This document shows positions 45,384 through 55,467 of a DNA stretch of 64,000 bases, one piece after another. A program made the translations under genes and the position numbers. A model generated the notes under the pieces. It did no database searches and was not told the DNA's origin. It was given only the letters and a program-made list of their open reading frames with translations. Origin of the DNA: an uncultured Collinsella sp. (lineage in GTDB: Bacteria > Actinomycetota > Coriobacteriia > Coriobacteriales > Coriobacteriaceae). The DNA is taken from assembly GCA_902494565.1 (NCBI GenBank), contig CABUTN010000001.1, positions 75,637-139,636 on the forward strand, given 5' to 3'. Positions within the stretch are counted from its first letter, which is position 1, and every line of letters starts with the position of its first letter.

Positions 45384-46874
45384 TTAGAGAAGCTTCTTGA
45401 GCTCCTCGGCAACAGCCTGGACCTGCGTGCCGATGATGACCTGGGTAGCACCCTTGTCCATCTTCATGACACCCAGAGCGCCGGCCTTCTTGCAGGCAGC
45501 CTCGTCGACCAGAGCGGAATCGCCGAGCTCGAAGCGCAGGCGAGTAGCGCAGCAGTCAACGGTCTTGACGTTCTCCTTGCCACCGACGGCAGCAAGAACA
45601 GCGGCGGCCAGAGCGGCGAACTTGTCGTCGCCAGCAGCGGCGGAAGCGGAGGTCTCCTCGACATCCTCATCCTCGCGACCAGGGGTCATGAGGTTGAACT
45701 TGGTGATGGCGAAGCGGAACACGAGGTAGAAGACCACGAAGGCAGCGATGCCCAGCGGGATGATCATCCAGGTGTTGGCGGCAGCCGGGAGGCTAGAGGA
45801 GAACAGGAGGTCGGTAGCACCAGCGGAGAAGCAGAAGCCAGCACGGAAACCAACATAGTAGGTGACGATGGTGAAGATGCCGTAGAGGGCAGCGTACACG
45901 ACGTAGAGCGGGAAGCACAGGAACATGAAGCCGAACTCGAAGGGCTCGGTGACGCCGCAGACGAAGGCGCAGATAGCAGCGGAGACAACCAGGCCGATAG
46001 CAGCCTTCTTGTTCTTAGCGGTCTGAACCATAGCCAGGGCAGCGCCCGGGACACCGAACATCATGCAGGGGAAGAAGCCGGACATGTACATACCGAGGCT
46101 CCACTTGACGTCAGCAGAGGTCTCGCCAGCCCAGAAGTGGGTCAGGTCGCCCAGGCCGATGGTGTCGAACCAGAACACGTTGTTCAGAGCGTGGTGCAGA
46201 CCGGTCGGGATGAGCAGGCGGTTGAGGAAGGCGTAGATGCCAGCGCCGATACCGCCCATGGCGGCGATACCCTCACCAAGAGCAACAAGAGCACCGAAGA
46301 TGAGCGGCCAAGCAAAGAGCAGGACGACGGAGACGACGATGCAGATGACGGCGGTCATGATGGCGACGCAACGCTTGCCGGAGAAGAAAGCCAGCCAGTC
46401 GGGAAGACGGGTGTCCTTGAACTTGTTGTAGCAAGTGCCACCGATGATGGCGGACAGGATGCCGATGAAGGAGTTACCAGCGATCTTGGAGAACGCGATG
46501 CCCTCGGTCGTGGCAAGCCAAGCGGTCTGAGCATCGGCGTCCATACCACGAATGGTACCAACAACAGCGGGGTTCAGGAGCTGCTGGATCATCAGGAAGG
46601 CGACGAGGCCAGCGAGGCCAGCGGTGCCATCGTGATCGTCGGCAAGGCCGACAGCGGCGCCGACTGCGAACAGCCAGGCCATGTTATCGATAAGAGCGCC
46701 GCCTGCCTTGATGAGCAGGAAACCGGCGGTATAGGCAAAACCGGTAGTGTCACCGGCAGCACCCATGACTGCGGGAGCGAGCAGGTAGCCCACACCCATA
46801 AGAATACCTGCGACGGGAAGCGCCGCGACGGGAAGCATTAGCGCTTTGCCGAGCTTCTGGAGGTACTTCATCAT
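45384..46874 (-). CDS. PTS glucose/N-acetylglucosamine-family EIICB
   Basis: MMKYLQKLGKALMLPVAALPVAGILMG.. is a IIC-Glc N-terminus. The C-terminal IIB contains VDCCATRLRF. The ATG at 46874 is preceded by GGAGGAG. Confidence 0.85.
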   Translation of the reverse strand: MMKYLQKLGKALMLPVAALPVAGILMGVGYLLAPAVMGAAGDTTGFAYTAGFLLIKAGGALIDNMAWLFAVGAAVGLADDHDGTAGLAGLVAFLMIQQLLNPAVVGTIRGMDADAQTAWLATTEGIAFSKIAGNSFIGILSAIIGGTCYNKFKDTRLPDWLAFFSGKRCVAIMTAVICIVVSVVLLFAWPLIFGALVALGEGIAAMGGIGAGIYAFLNRLLIPTGLHHALNNVFWFDTIGLGDLTHFWAGETSADVKWSLGMYMSGFFPCMMFGVPGAALAMVQTAKNKKAAIGLVVSAAICAFVCGVTEPFEFGFMFLCFPLYVVYAALYGIFTIVTYYVGFRAGFCFSAGATDLLFSSSLPAAANTWMIIPLGIAAFVVFYLVFRFAITKFNLMTPGREDEDVEETSASAAAGDDKFAALAAAVLAAVGGKENVKTVDCCATRLRFELGDSALVDEAACKKAGALGVMKMDKGATQVIIGTQVQAVAEELKKLL

Positions 46875-47180
46875 ATGGTATCTCCTCCAACATTTCTTTC
46901 GTTGTTCACCAACGAGTTCCATGTCCGCGCCTTATGCATACCGGCTTCTCCGCATGCCGGCATTGATGCGCAAACTTAGACAACCCAGTCCCTATTTGGG
47001 GTTGCTGGTATGTACGGTAGCACACACTCAATTCAAACGTCCACCACATTTCGTTCAAATTGCTATATCGTTGCCAAACGGTTATTTTTGCCCGTAAACG
47101 GTAATTTACGCAGGTAGACATGGTGCGTTTCTTTCATTACCAAACTAATTCTTAGCAATTTCCATTCGATTTCGTCTCAA

Positions 47181-47230
47181 AATTGGTTACTACCAGATGA
47201 ACAGTGGTACCACATTGTTACTACCAGTTT
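47181..47230. promoter_or_regulatory. Cluster of three dre-like operator candidates
   Basis: AATTGGTTACTACCAGAT, ACAGTGGTACCACATT and ATTGTTACTACCAGTTT. A further site CTGGTATGTACGGTAG lies at 47005-47020. Confidence 0.5.
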
Positions 47231-47315
47231 AGCCGAAATCGTTTTCACTTTATATGAATAAAGTGTCCCAAAATTTGCATACAACCACCCCCTCTCATCG
47301 CCCTCCCCACAGTGC

Positions 47316-47351
47316 AAAAAGCCCGCTAGAACGATATCCGTTCTAGTGGGC
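47316..47351 (-). terminator. Intrinsic terminator after the 47395-48480 gene
   Basis: GCCCACTAGAACG..CGTTCTAGCGGGC followed by TTTTT on the minus strand. Confidence 0.75.
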
Positions 47352-47394
47352 TTATCAGACTTTTTGGCTACGCACTCGGTGGCTCGGGCAGCCC

Positions 47395-48480
47395 TTACGC
47401 AAACAGGCCGTAGATGCTGATGTTGGCCTTGGCGTAGAGGCCGTTAGCATACTCGGTCCACTTGGAGCTGGCGCTCGAAGCCTGCGAGGAATACTGCTGG
47501 TAGGCGGTGTAATAGGCGGTCATGGCCTGCTTATAGGTGGCGCTATCGGCCGTAAAGGCATCGTCAGCGAAGGCCTTGGCATAGGTGCTATCGGCGTCCT
47601 TCCAAGTGCCCTTCTCGCTATCCCACTCGTCACCGGCAAGGTTGATGATGTAGTCGGCGTAATCCTTGCTCGCGGTCTCCTCGTTGCCGTCAGAAGGCTC
47701 GCTCGGAGCAGTCGGCATGTTTGCGGAGCTGTCGCCGACCTTCTTCTTGTAGAGCTTCTGCAGCGTCGCAGACTGGCGGACGATCTGCTTGGCCTGGTCC
47801 TTGGACACGCCATACTGCGTGGCCATGGTCTTGTAGTCCGAAGTGCCGATGGAATCCTCGGCGTACTTCTTCATCTCCTTAGAAGAGACGGTGATGCCCT
47901 CGTCCGCGGCAGCATCGAGCAGGATCTTGTTGCGCACGTAGGACAGGATAACGTCGGCAGAGGGAGCGGTGTAGTTGCCATCGCTATCCTTGACGGTATC
48001 AAGGCTGTACTGGCTCTCGATGGCCTCGCGCGCGGTGATGTCGCTCTTCTTGCCGTTGTAGCTGTAGCTTGCAACGGTCGAATCGAGCTGGTCCTCGGTG
48101 AGGGTCGCCGAGCCGACGCCCTTGCCGCCAAAGCCTCCATTGCCAATAAAGAAGCCGACCACGGCAGCAATCACGACTGCAACCACGAAGGCGGCAATCA
48201 TCGTCTTCTTGTGCTTGGATGCATGGTCGTCTTCGTCGGAGTCGTCGTCCTCGTCTTGCTCCTCGGGCATCAGGTTCTCGTCAGCGGCATCCGCGGCAAT
48301 CTGAGCCTCCAGGCGGGCGTCCTCCTCCTCGGCCGTCGTACCGGCAGCAATGTGCTCGGCAGACGTACCGGCGACCAGATCGATCTTCTCGTCCTCGTCA
48401 CCGTCGGGGCCTTCGCCGCGCTCGATGATCTGGATGCCGTCGATCTCGTCCTTCTCGTCCTTCTTTTGAATCAGACCCAT
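47395..48480 (-). CDS. Membrane-anchored protein with a highly acidic N-terminal region and a SurA-N/PrsA-like chaperone-type ectodomain (uncertain)
   Basis: 361 aa; RBS AAGGAG; a single TM segment (MIAAFVVAVVIAAVVGFFI). Confidence 0.55.
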   Translation of the reverse strand: MGLIQKKDEKDEIDGIQIIERGEGPDGDEDEKIDLVAGTSAEHIAAGTTAEEEDARLEAQIAADAADENLMPEEQDEDDDSDEDDHASKHKKTMIAAFVVAVVIAAVVGFFIGNGGFGGKGVGSATLTEDQLDSTVASYSYNGKKSDITAREAIESQYSLDTVKDSDGNYTAPSADVILSYVRNKILLDAAADEGITVSSKEMKKYAEDSIGTSDYKTMATQYGVSKDQAKQIVRQSATLQKLYKKKVGDSSANMPTAPSEPSDGNEETASKDYADYIINLAGDEWDSEKGTWKDADSTYAKAFADDAFTADSATYKQAMTAYYTAYQQYSSQASSASSKWTEYANGLYAKANISIYGLFA

Positions 48481-48606
48481 ATCAGTTACTCCTTGTTAGG
48501 AAACATAGTCCGCAATAGAATACGCCCGACAGAGCGCCGGGCGTATTGATTCTCAGGTTATACGCAAACACTTAAGTACTATTTAGGCGTTTGCAGTCTG
48601 CATGCC

Positions 48607-49692
48607 TTAGGCCAGGTGCGCGATAACGGCATCGGCAAAGGCCTGCGTGCCCACAGCACCCTCAACGGAGCCGGTCTGGGCACGACGAACGTCGCCGGTA
48701 ACCTGCTCGCCCTCGTCGAGCGTGGCAGAAACGGCGGCGCGAATGCGATTGGCCGCGTCGTTCTCGCCCAGGTGATCGAGCATCATCGCAGCAGAGAGGA
48801 TCTCGGCCGTGGGGTTGGCGATATCCTTGCCCGCGATATCGGGCGCGGAGCCGTGCGTAGCCTCAAAGATGGCGCAGTCGGCACCGATGTTGGAGCCGGG
48901 GGCCATACCCAAGCCGCCCACCAGGCCGGCGCACAGGTCACTCACGATGTCGCCGTACAGGTTGGGCAGCACCAGGACATCGAAGTCGTTGGGGTTCTGG
49001 ACCAGGCCCATGCAGGTGGCGTCGACGATCTTGTCGTTGAACTCGATATCGGGATAGTTGGCGGCCACCTCGCGCGCCACGCGCAGGAACAGGCCGTCGG
49101 TCGCCTTCATGATGTTGGCCTTGTGCACGGCCGTCACCTTTTTGCGGCCGCAGCGACGGGCATACTCAAAGGCATACTCCACAATGCGGCGGCTCTTGGC
49201 AATGGAGATGGGCTTAATCGAGATGGCGGAATCCGCGGCGAAGGTCTTCTGACCAGAACGCTCGACGAGCTGCGAGAGCTCCTCGACCTCGGCAGTGCCC
49301 TCATCGAACTCGATGCCGGCGTAGAGGTCCTCGGTGTTCTCGCGCACGATAACCAGGTCGACGTCGCGGAAGCGCGAGCCGTCACCCGGCTGCGACAGGC
49401 AGGGGCGCACGCAGGCATACAGGTCGAAGTGCTTGCGCAGGGCCACGTTGACGCTGCGGAAACCCGTGCCGACCGGCGTGGTGATGGGGCCCTTGATGGC
49501 AACCTTGGTCTCGGCGACCGCATCGAGCACGTGCTGGGGCAGCGGCGTGCCAAACTCGTCCATGACGCCGGCACCGGCCTCCTGGACGTTCCAATTGATC
49601 TGGACACCGGCAGCCTCGACCACGCGGCGCATGGCCTGCGTAATCTCGGGACCGATACCGTCACCGGGAATCAGGACTACATCGTGCGCCAT
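48607..49692 (-). CDS. Isocitrate/isopropylmalate dehydrogenase-family enzyme (probably isocitrate dehydrogenase)
   Basis: ..[42 protein letters not shown].. are family hallmarks. Confidence 0.8.
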   Translation of the reverse strand: MAHDVVLIPGDGIGPEITQAMRRVVEAAGVQINWNVQEAGAGVMDEFGTPLPQHVLDAVAETKVAIKGPITTPVGTGFRSVNVALRKHFDLYACVRPCLSQPGDGSRFRDVDLVIVRENTEDLYAGIEFDEGTAEVEELSQLVERSGQKTFAADSAISIKPISIAKSRRIVEYAFEYARRCGRKKVTAVHKANIMKATDGLFLRVAREVAANYPDIEFNDKIVDATCMGLVQNPNDFDVLVLPNLYGDIVSDLCAGLVGGLGMAPGSNIGADCAIFEATHGSAPDIAGKDIANPTAEILSAAMMLDHLGENDAANRIRAAVSATLDEGEQVTGDVRRAQTGSVEGAVGTQAFADAVIAHLA

Positions 49693-49698
49693 AATCTG

Positions 49699-50397
49699 TT
49701 ACTCCTCGTCTTCGGCGTCGTCAGATTTTTTAACGCTAGCACGCTTCTTCTTTTTGGAAAGATCCAGGCCAAAACGTTTAACAAGCATTTCGCAAATCTC
49801 GCTCGAACGGGCCTTGAGATAGCTGCCCTTACCGTTCTCGGCATCGAACTTAAGGCGCAGCGCAAGCTTCTCGGCAACCCCGGCGTCGATCTCGCCCTGG
49901 CAAAACTCGTACAGGCAACCGAGCATGTCGCGATACTCGAGGTCGCCGTGGTAGCACTGGATGGCCTCGTCCAGGATGGGCCAAGCCTCGCGCGAACGCT
50001 CGACGCTCGTGGCACCCCACACGCACAGCAGGCGGAAGGCGGCGTAGCGCAGCGTGGAGGAGATCTCGTCGAACAGCGCAGTCTCGGCGCCCTCAAAGGC
50101 ATCGCCCAGCTGCTCGGGGCAGGTGGTAGCGAGCGCCGTCAGGGCATCGAGGGCCTCCCAGCGGGTCTGCGCCTCGGGGCGGTCGAGCGCCTCGATCAGC
50201 GTGGGCACGCAGGGCACGACGCGCTGCGGATCGCGCTCGGCAAGCAGGTGCAGCACGCGGGCGGCAAACTGGCGGATGCGGCGCGTGGGGCAGCCGAGCT
50301 CCTTGACCAGACGGTCGACGGCGTTCTCGTTCTCCTCTGCCAGCTGAAGCTGTGCCAGCTCCTCGTCGGTGAGCTGTTCGTCTTTGTTTTCTGCCAT
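49699..50397 (-). CDS. Hypothetical HEAT/armadillo-like repeat protein with a Lys-rich acidic tail
   Basis: 232-aa ORF with a good RBS, tightly packed between neighbouring genes. Confidence 0.55.
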   Translation of the reverse strand: MAENKDEQLTDEELAQLQLAEENENAVDRLVKELGCPTRRIRQFAARVLHLLAERDPQRVVPCVPTLIEALDRPEAQTRWEALDALTALATTCPEQLGDAFEGAETALFDEISSTLRYAAFRLLCVWGATSVERSREAWPILDEAIQCYHGDLEYRDMLGCLYEFCQGEIDAGVAEKLALRLKFDAENGKGSYLKARSSEICEMLVKRFGLDLSKKKKRASVKKSDDAEDEE

Positions 50398-50412
50398 AGT
50401 TACCTCTTCTTA

Positions 50413-50841
50413 CTATTTCTTAGCGTGCTTGCCAGCACCCTTGCTGTCATCGGTGACCGAGATGAGTTGTCGGTCGGCCGCGCCATTGCGACGCGCACGG
50501 CGGCGTTCCTCGGCGTCGCCCGCGTCGGCGGCGGCGCGATGAGCCTTGTTGACGTTAAAGACCTCGTCGTGCTTGCGCCACGGACCGACGGACTCGCCAA
50601 AGCTCATCTTAAGACCGGCGATAAAGCCGCCGAGCCAGCCGATCGGCGCAAACTGCACCAGCGGGAACAGCGAGAACACCCAGGTCAGCAGGACGACTGC
50701 CGCCGCGCCTGCAAAATTGGCGATCCAGTAGTCGCGCTTGGTGATCACGCGCTTTTCGCAGGCCCACTGGCCGCACAAAAAGCCAATGTAGATCGCAAAG
50801 AGAAAGAGTACCAGCGCTAGTACCACGAACGTCCAGCTCAT
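50413..50841 (-). CDS. Small hypothetical membrane protein
   Basis: MSWTFVVLALVLFLFAIYIGF.. with about 3 hydrophobic segments. The ATG lies 6 nt after the upstream stop. Confidence 0.55.
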   Translation of the reverse strand: MSWTFVVLALVLFLFAIYIGFLCGQWACEKRVITKRDYWIANFAGAAAVVLLTWVFSLFPLVQFAPIGWLGGFIAGLKMSFGESVGPWRKHDEVFNVNKAHRAAADAGDAEERRRARRNGAADRQLISVTDDSKGAGKHAKK

Positions 50842-50846
50842 GGGCG

Positions 50847-51926
50847 CTACTCCCCGTGATGGTGGCCGCAGCAGCACTCATGGCCGTCGTCATGGCCGTG
50901 GCCGCCGCAGCACTCGTGGTCCTCGCCGTGATGGTGACCGCAACCGCACTCATGGTCGTCGCCGTGCTCGCCGCAACCGCAGCCTTCCTCGTGAGCGCCA
51001 TGCTCCTCGGGACGATACTGCGACCAGTCCAGACCGGCGGCGATGGCGTCGGCCTCCTCCTTATAGAGGACCGTGATGGCCTGGGTGCCCAGCTTGGCAC
51101 CACCGATGGCGTCGAGCATATCGTAGAGCGTAAAGGCCACGTCGGCGCCGGGCAGCGCAAGCTCGCGGTCGTCGGCATAGGCGAGCGCCAAGCGCAGGTC
51201 CTTAATGAAGTGCTCGACCATAAAGCCGGGCTTGTAGTCGCCGTCGAGCGCCTTGGGAGCCAGGCTCTCCATGGCGCCGGACTTGCCGGTACCGCCCAGG
51301 ATCATCTGACGGGTCTTCTCCAGGTCAAGGCCGCTCAGCTCGGCAAATGCCATGGCGTCTGCCATGCCGACCATGCAGGCGCCCAGCGACACCTGGTTGG
51401 CGAGCTTGGCAGCCTGGCCCTTGCCGGCGCCGTCGAAGCAGCAGATGTTAGCCGCAAAGGTGGCAAGGATGTCGCGGACCGGCGCGATGTCGTTTTCGGT
51501 GGCGCCCACGATAGCCGTGAGCGTGCCGGCGATAGCTCCCGACTCACCGCCGGTGACGGGGCAGTCAAACGCCATGCGGCCGGAAACCTGGGCGGCCTCG
51601 GCAATGTCGCGCGCCAGCTCGGGCGAGCTCGTGGTAAGGTCGATCAAGACCGCGCCCGGCTTGGTGCACGCGAGCAGGCCGTCGCCCGCCAGGTAGAGCT
51701 CCTCAACCTCGGAGGGATAGCCCACCATGGTAAAGACGACGTCGGCGTTCGCCACGGCATCTGCCGGCGTATCGGCCCAAGCGGCACCGCGCTCGATAAG
51801 CGCGGCAGCCTTGGACTTGGTGCGGTTGTTGACCGTGACGGGATAGCCGGCATCCAGGATGTGACCGGCGATGGGGGCACCCATAATTCCGGTGCCGATA
51901 AATGCGACGGAGAGCTTGTTTGCCAT
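50847..51926 (-). CDS. NAD(P)-dependent beta-hydroxyacid dehydrogenase (HIBADH family) with a Cys/His-rich C-terminal tail
   Basis: N-terminal Rossmann motif VAFIGTGIMG. The last ~55 residues are HGAHEEGCGCGEHGDDHECGCGHHHGEDHECCGGHGHDDGHECCCGHHHGE. Confidence 0.8.
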   Translation of the reverse strand: MANKLSVAFIGTGIMGAPIAGHILDAGYPVTVNNRTKSKAAALIERGAAWADTPADAVANADVVFTMVGYPSEVEELYLAGDGLLACTKPGAVLIDLTTSSPELARDIAEAAQVSGRMAFDCPVTGGESGAIAGTLTAIVGATENDIAPVRDILATFAANICCFDGAGKGQAAKLANQVSLGACMVGMADAMAFAELSGLDLEKTRQMILGGTGKSGAMESLAPKALDGDYKPGFMVEHFIKDLRLALAYADDRELALPGADVAFTLYDMLDAIGGAKLGTQAITVLYKEEADAIAAGLDWSQYRPEEHGAHEEGCGCGEHGDDHECGCGHHHGEDHECCGGHGHDDGHECCCGHHHGE

Positions 51927-52024
51927 GAAACCTTTCCTTTTGGGTTGGGTGTTGTTACCAGGTTGAATACTCGATGCCAGCGTTTGGGCAGTGAGCTGGG
52001 ATCGATTACGGCCGCGTTACTTGC

Positions 52025-52978
52025 CTACTGACCGCGCACACGGCGGGCGATGCGGTCGGAAAGCGAGGCTTTCTCGGCACGGTTCTTGCCCCAAAACGCG
52101 CAAGCCACCATGCCGGGGCCCACGTGCGAGCCGATGGTAGGACCAACGGAACTACGGATGATGGTGACGTCGGCGCAGCCTTCCTCCTTGCGGATGGCGG
52201 CTTCGAGCCAGTCGCCGTCCTTTTCGGCATCGGCCGTCATGATGGCGATGGGCATGGTGCGGTCGGGCACGTAGTTCTCGCGGAACGATTTGAGGATGGA
52301 CTTGAGCGCCTTCTTGCGGCCGCGGTTGACGCCGATCAGCGACAGCGAGCCGGCAAGGTCGTAGGAGAGCTCGGGCTTGACATCGAGCTTTGCCGTGAGC
52401 TGCGCCGCCGCGGGCGGAATGCGGCCGCCGGCAGCCAGTGCGTCGAAGCTCTCGAGCGTAAAGTAGCCGTGGACGTAGGTCTTTGCCTCGTTTGCCCAAT
52501 CGACCAGCTGCTTGGCGGTCAGTCCCGCCGAACGCTGGCGCACGGCCTCGAGCGCCAAGAGCGCGCCGGTCGCGCAGGGCAGAGCGTTGTCGACCACGTA
52601 CAGCTCAAAATCGGGATACTCGGCGCGCACGGCGTCCGCCGCCTGGCACGCGGAGTTGTAGCTCGACGACAGCGCCGAGGTAAAGCACAGGTAGACCGTG
52701 GGCGTGCCCTCTTTGGCGCACTCGGTAAAGAACTCGATATAGCGACCGAGCGACACAGCCGAGGTGGACACGCGGGCACCGGCGCGCATGCGGTCGTAGA
52801 ACTCCTTGGGTGTGATGCTCGACCAGATGTCATCCGTGCGCTCCTCGCCATCGATAATGAAGGGGAAACCCAGGATATCGACATCGAGGTTCGCGGCGAC
52901 CTCGGGGCTAAAGTCGCAGCAGGTATCGACGACGATGCGGCAACGGTTCGAATGACCGGCGGATGCGGCCTTGTCCAT
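52025..52978 (-). CDS. DegV-family (fatty-acid-binding) protein
   Basis: ..IVVDTCCDFSPE..STSAVSLGRYIEFF..LSSSYNSA.. The ATG at 52978 is preceded by AAGGAG. Confidence 0.8.
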   Translation of the reverse strand: MDKAASAGHSNRCRIVVDTCCDFSPEVAANLDVDILGFPFIIDGEERTDDIWSSITPKEFYDRMRAGARVSTSAVSLGRYIEFFTECAKEGTPTVYLCFTSALSSSYNSACQAADAVRAEYPDFELYVVDNALPCATGALLALEAVRQRSAGLTAKQLVDWANEAKTYVHGYFTLESFDALAAGGRIPPAAAQLTAKLDVKPELSYDLAGSLSLIGVNRGRKKALKSILKSFRENYVPDRTMPIAIMTADAEKDGDWLEAAIRKEEGCADVTIIRSSVGPTIGSHVGPGMVACAFWGKNRAEKASLSDRIARRVRGQ

Positions 52979-52995
52979 CAAAGCGACTCCTTACG

Positions 52996-53028
52996 TAAAA
53001 AGGCGGCCACCCGCATGGGATGGCCGCC
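52996..53028 (-). terminator. Intrinsic terminator after hpf
   Basis: GGCGGCCA..TGGCCGCC followed by TTTTT on the minus strand. Confidence 0.75.
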
Positions 53029-53057
53029 AACCGTTAACTCATGCAAGTTAACGTATT

Positions 53058-53642
53058 TTACTCGTCAAGTGTTTCGATGCGGGGCTTGATGATGCCATAT
53101 CCACCATTCTTACGGTGATACACCACATTGATGAGACCAGTCGTCGCGTTCTCGAACACGTAGAAGTCGTGGCCCAGCAGATCGGTCTGCACCAGCGCCT
53201 GCTCCTCAGTCATCGGGGTGACATCGATGACCTTCTCGCGGACGAGCAGGTCGTCCTCCTCCTCGGGCAGCAGCAGGTCGGCCAGATCCTCGACGCGCTC
53301 GACCGGCGCAACATCCGCGGCGCTGGCACCACCCTGGCGGTTATCCACGACCTTGGTCTTGAACTTGCGCAGCTGGCGGGTGACCTTATCGGCGGAGAGA
53401 TCGATGGCGGCATACATATCTGCGCCGTGCTCGGCAACGCGAATCACAGAGCCGCGGGCACGAACCGTGACCTCGACGATTGCCGGGTTGGGGTTCGAGG
53501 GGTTCTTCTCATAGCGAAGCACGACGTCGACTGTCATGGGCTCGATATCGAAAACCTTGAGCGCCTCGCCGATCTTCTCATCCACGTGCGCACGCAGAGC
53601 ATCGGTTACCGTCGTCTTGCGTCCAGAAACCTTGATATCCAT
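53058..53642 (-). CDS. hpf: Ribosome hibernation-promoting factor (long form)
   Basis: MDIKVSGRKTTVTDALRAHVDEKI.. plus the C-terminal dimerisation domain ..LLGHDFYVF... The ATG at 53642 is preceded by GGAG. Confidence 0.85.
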   Translation of the reverse strand: MDIKVSGRKTTVTDALRAHVDEKIGEALKVFDIEPMTVDVVLRYEKNPSNPNPAIVEVTVRARGSVIRVAEHGADMYAAIDLSADKVTRQLRKFKTKVVDNRQGGASAADVAPVERVEDLADLLLPEEEDDLLVREKVIDVTPMTEEQALVQTDLLGHDFYVFENATTGLINVVYHRKNGGYGIIKPRIETLDE

Positions 53643-53859
53643 ACGTGGCTCCAATCTGCCTCGGGGACTTACTGTACTGGCTATGTACCCATTGCCGTGC
53701 ATTTAATCACGCGGATTCCTAAAGACCCGAATAACGATTGCTTGATACCGCATACCGAAGTCTCGCACTTTTCTGTGGCAAAGTGCGCTATAGGAGGGGA
53801 CCGGCGGCTTTGTATTTGGTCCCGAAAATTGGCTTTGACCTGCTGATTTTATTGGGATG

Positions 53860-53893
53860 AAAAAGCCGGGCTCCCCCATCGGGGAAGCCCGGC
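53860..53893 (-). terminator. Intrinsic terminator after the binding-protein gene
   Basis: GCCGGGCTTCCCC GATG GGGGAGCCCGGC followed by TTTTT on the minus strand. Confidence 0.75.
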
Positions 53894-53959
53894 AGTGCGT
53901 GTTGAAACCGTGAAGAGGTGTCCTTTTCAACGTATAGGAGACACCACCCCTAGCAATAA

Positions 53960-54985
53960 CTAGCTATTGAGTTTGTTAATGTCGTCGTCGGTGATGGCAC
54001 CTTCCTGGCTGGACGATTTGTCCTCGGAGGATGCGGTCTCATTGTTGGAATCGGAGGACTCGCTGCCGGAGGACGTGGTCTCACTGGACTCAGAATCGCC
54101 CGGCTGCACGTTAGCGCCCGAAACCGTCTTAGTGGTGAGGTCGTAGGGCATCGTGCCATACCAGACAGAGTGGACCGCCTCGAGCGTGCCGTCGGCCGTA
54201 ATACCGTCGAGGGCATCGCTCACGGCACGGCACAGTTCGTCATTGGACGAGAGGCCCACAACACCAAGCGTCGAGGGCGCCTCGAGCGCACCGACATAGG
54301 AGACCTCGCTCATCAGGCGTGCAAGGTAGCCGCCGGCCGTGGAGTCGCAGATCACATAGTCGACCTCGCCGGACTCGAGCGCCTCAAAGCACTCGTTGAT
54401 GTTGGAGTAGGTCTTTTGGTTGGCGGTAATGCTCTGCTTGGCAAGCGCCTCCTGCGAGGCCGAGGACATCTGGACACCCAGAGTAGACGTGTTAAGGGTA
54501 TCGGTGGAAACGCTTAGCGACCCACCATCGCTGGTTTTACCGAACACGGAAGCGGCATCGTACAGGCAGGTGCCGAGCGAGCTAACGTCCCCGTCTGTGG
54601 AGTTGATCTCGCCGATAAAGATATCAGCCTTTTTGTCGCCGAGCGCGGAACCTGCCGAGGACGCATCGACAAAGGCGACCTTAAGGCCCATGCGGCTTGC
54701 GAGGGCGCGGGCGGCGTCGACCGCATATCCCGTGAGCTCGCCGTCGGCGCCCTGCATGGCCTGCGGCGCATCGGAAGTATCGAGGGCAACCGTCAGGGTT
54801 CCGGGAGTGACCAGGGCATCGTCCGACACCGCCGGCGTGACCGTCTCGTACTCGATCTGGTCGATCGTGGGAGTCGTGAACGTAGACAGCGGGTTGAACG
54901 CGCATCCGCTCAGGCCCAAAACGGCAATGACCGCTGCGGTCCCAGCACCTAACCGAGCCGCATGCATCAAGCTGCCCCTCACCAT
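53960..54985 (-). CDS. ABC-transporter substrate-binding lipoprotein (family 3, amino-acid type) with a Ser/Glu/Asp-rich tail
   Basis: Lipobox ..AVLGLSGC.. and an SBP_bac_3-like body. Start assigned at 54985 (or 54967). Confidence 0.7.
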   Translation of the reverse strand: MVRGSLMHAARLGAGTAAVIAVLGLSGCAFNPLSTFTTPTIDQIEYETVTPAVSDDALVTPGTLTVALDTSDAPQAMQGADGELTGYAVDAARALASRMGLKVAFVDASSAGSALGDKKADIFIGEINSTDGDVSSLGTCLYDAASVFGKTSDGGSLSVSTDTLNTSTLGVQMSSASQEALAKQSITANQKTYSNINECFEALESGEVDYVICDSTAGGYLARLMSEVSYVGALEAPSTLGVVGLSSNDELCRAVSDALDGITADGTLEAVHSVWYGTMPYDLTTKTVSGANVQPGDSESSETTSSGSESSDSNNETASSEDKSSSQEGAITDDDINKLNS

Positions 54986-55467
54986 GTCCACTACCCTGCC
55001 TTCTGTGTCGTATACAATCCGTGCGTTGCGCGGAATATCAGGTTGTTCCCACCAGCTGACCTGGTATTTGACCCCACACTTGCGCACCGGGGTGTTTGCT
55101 CGGGAGGCCGCAGCCACCTTCACGACTGGCCCGCTCGCCCGCGAGGCGGTATTGCCCCAAAGAAAGTAGAACGGACGGTGCGGCTTACATCTAGGACGCG
55201 CCATGATCGCGCCGCGCGCACGCGGTCGCTTACGTGGATCCCTTTGACCGCGTCTGTCTTGGACTAGGACGGGCATTTCGTCCGTCCGCAACCACAGCCT
55301 GGTAGGAACGTAGCGCATTATAGCTAAGTTCAAGCTAAAGTTTAAGGTTAAGGGCGTCATTCGCATCGCGCGCACAGATTTTGCAGGTCGGAGTGGGCTA
55401 TTCATGCCCCTATGAAGCCCGGAGCTCCCCTACGGGGAGCTCCGGGGCGCCCTTCTTAGGGTGCCCC

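Noticed and set aside
48616-50820. 734-aa plus-strand ORF spanning the isocitrate-dehydrogenase-family, HEAT-like and membrane-protein genes.
   Set aside because: It is a shadow ORF across three well-supported minus-strand genes. It has no RBS and no recognisable domain. The same reasoning applies to 5711-6835, 28043-29347, 34635-35792, 43059-44306, 50856-52031 and 52124-53089.
54986-55405. N-terminal 140-codon extension of the substrate-binding protein ORF.
   Set aside because: The extension is Arg/Pro-rich with no signal-peptide logic. A lipoprotein signal (..LGLSGC) follows the internal ATG at 54985/54967, which is the more sensible start.
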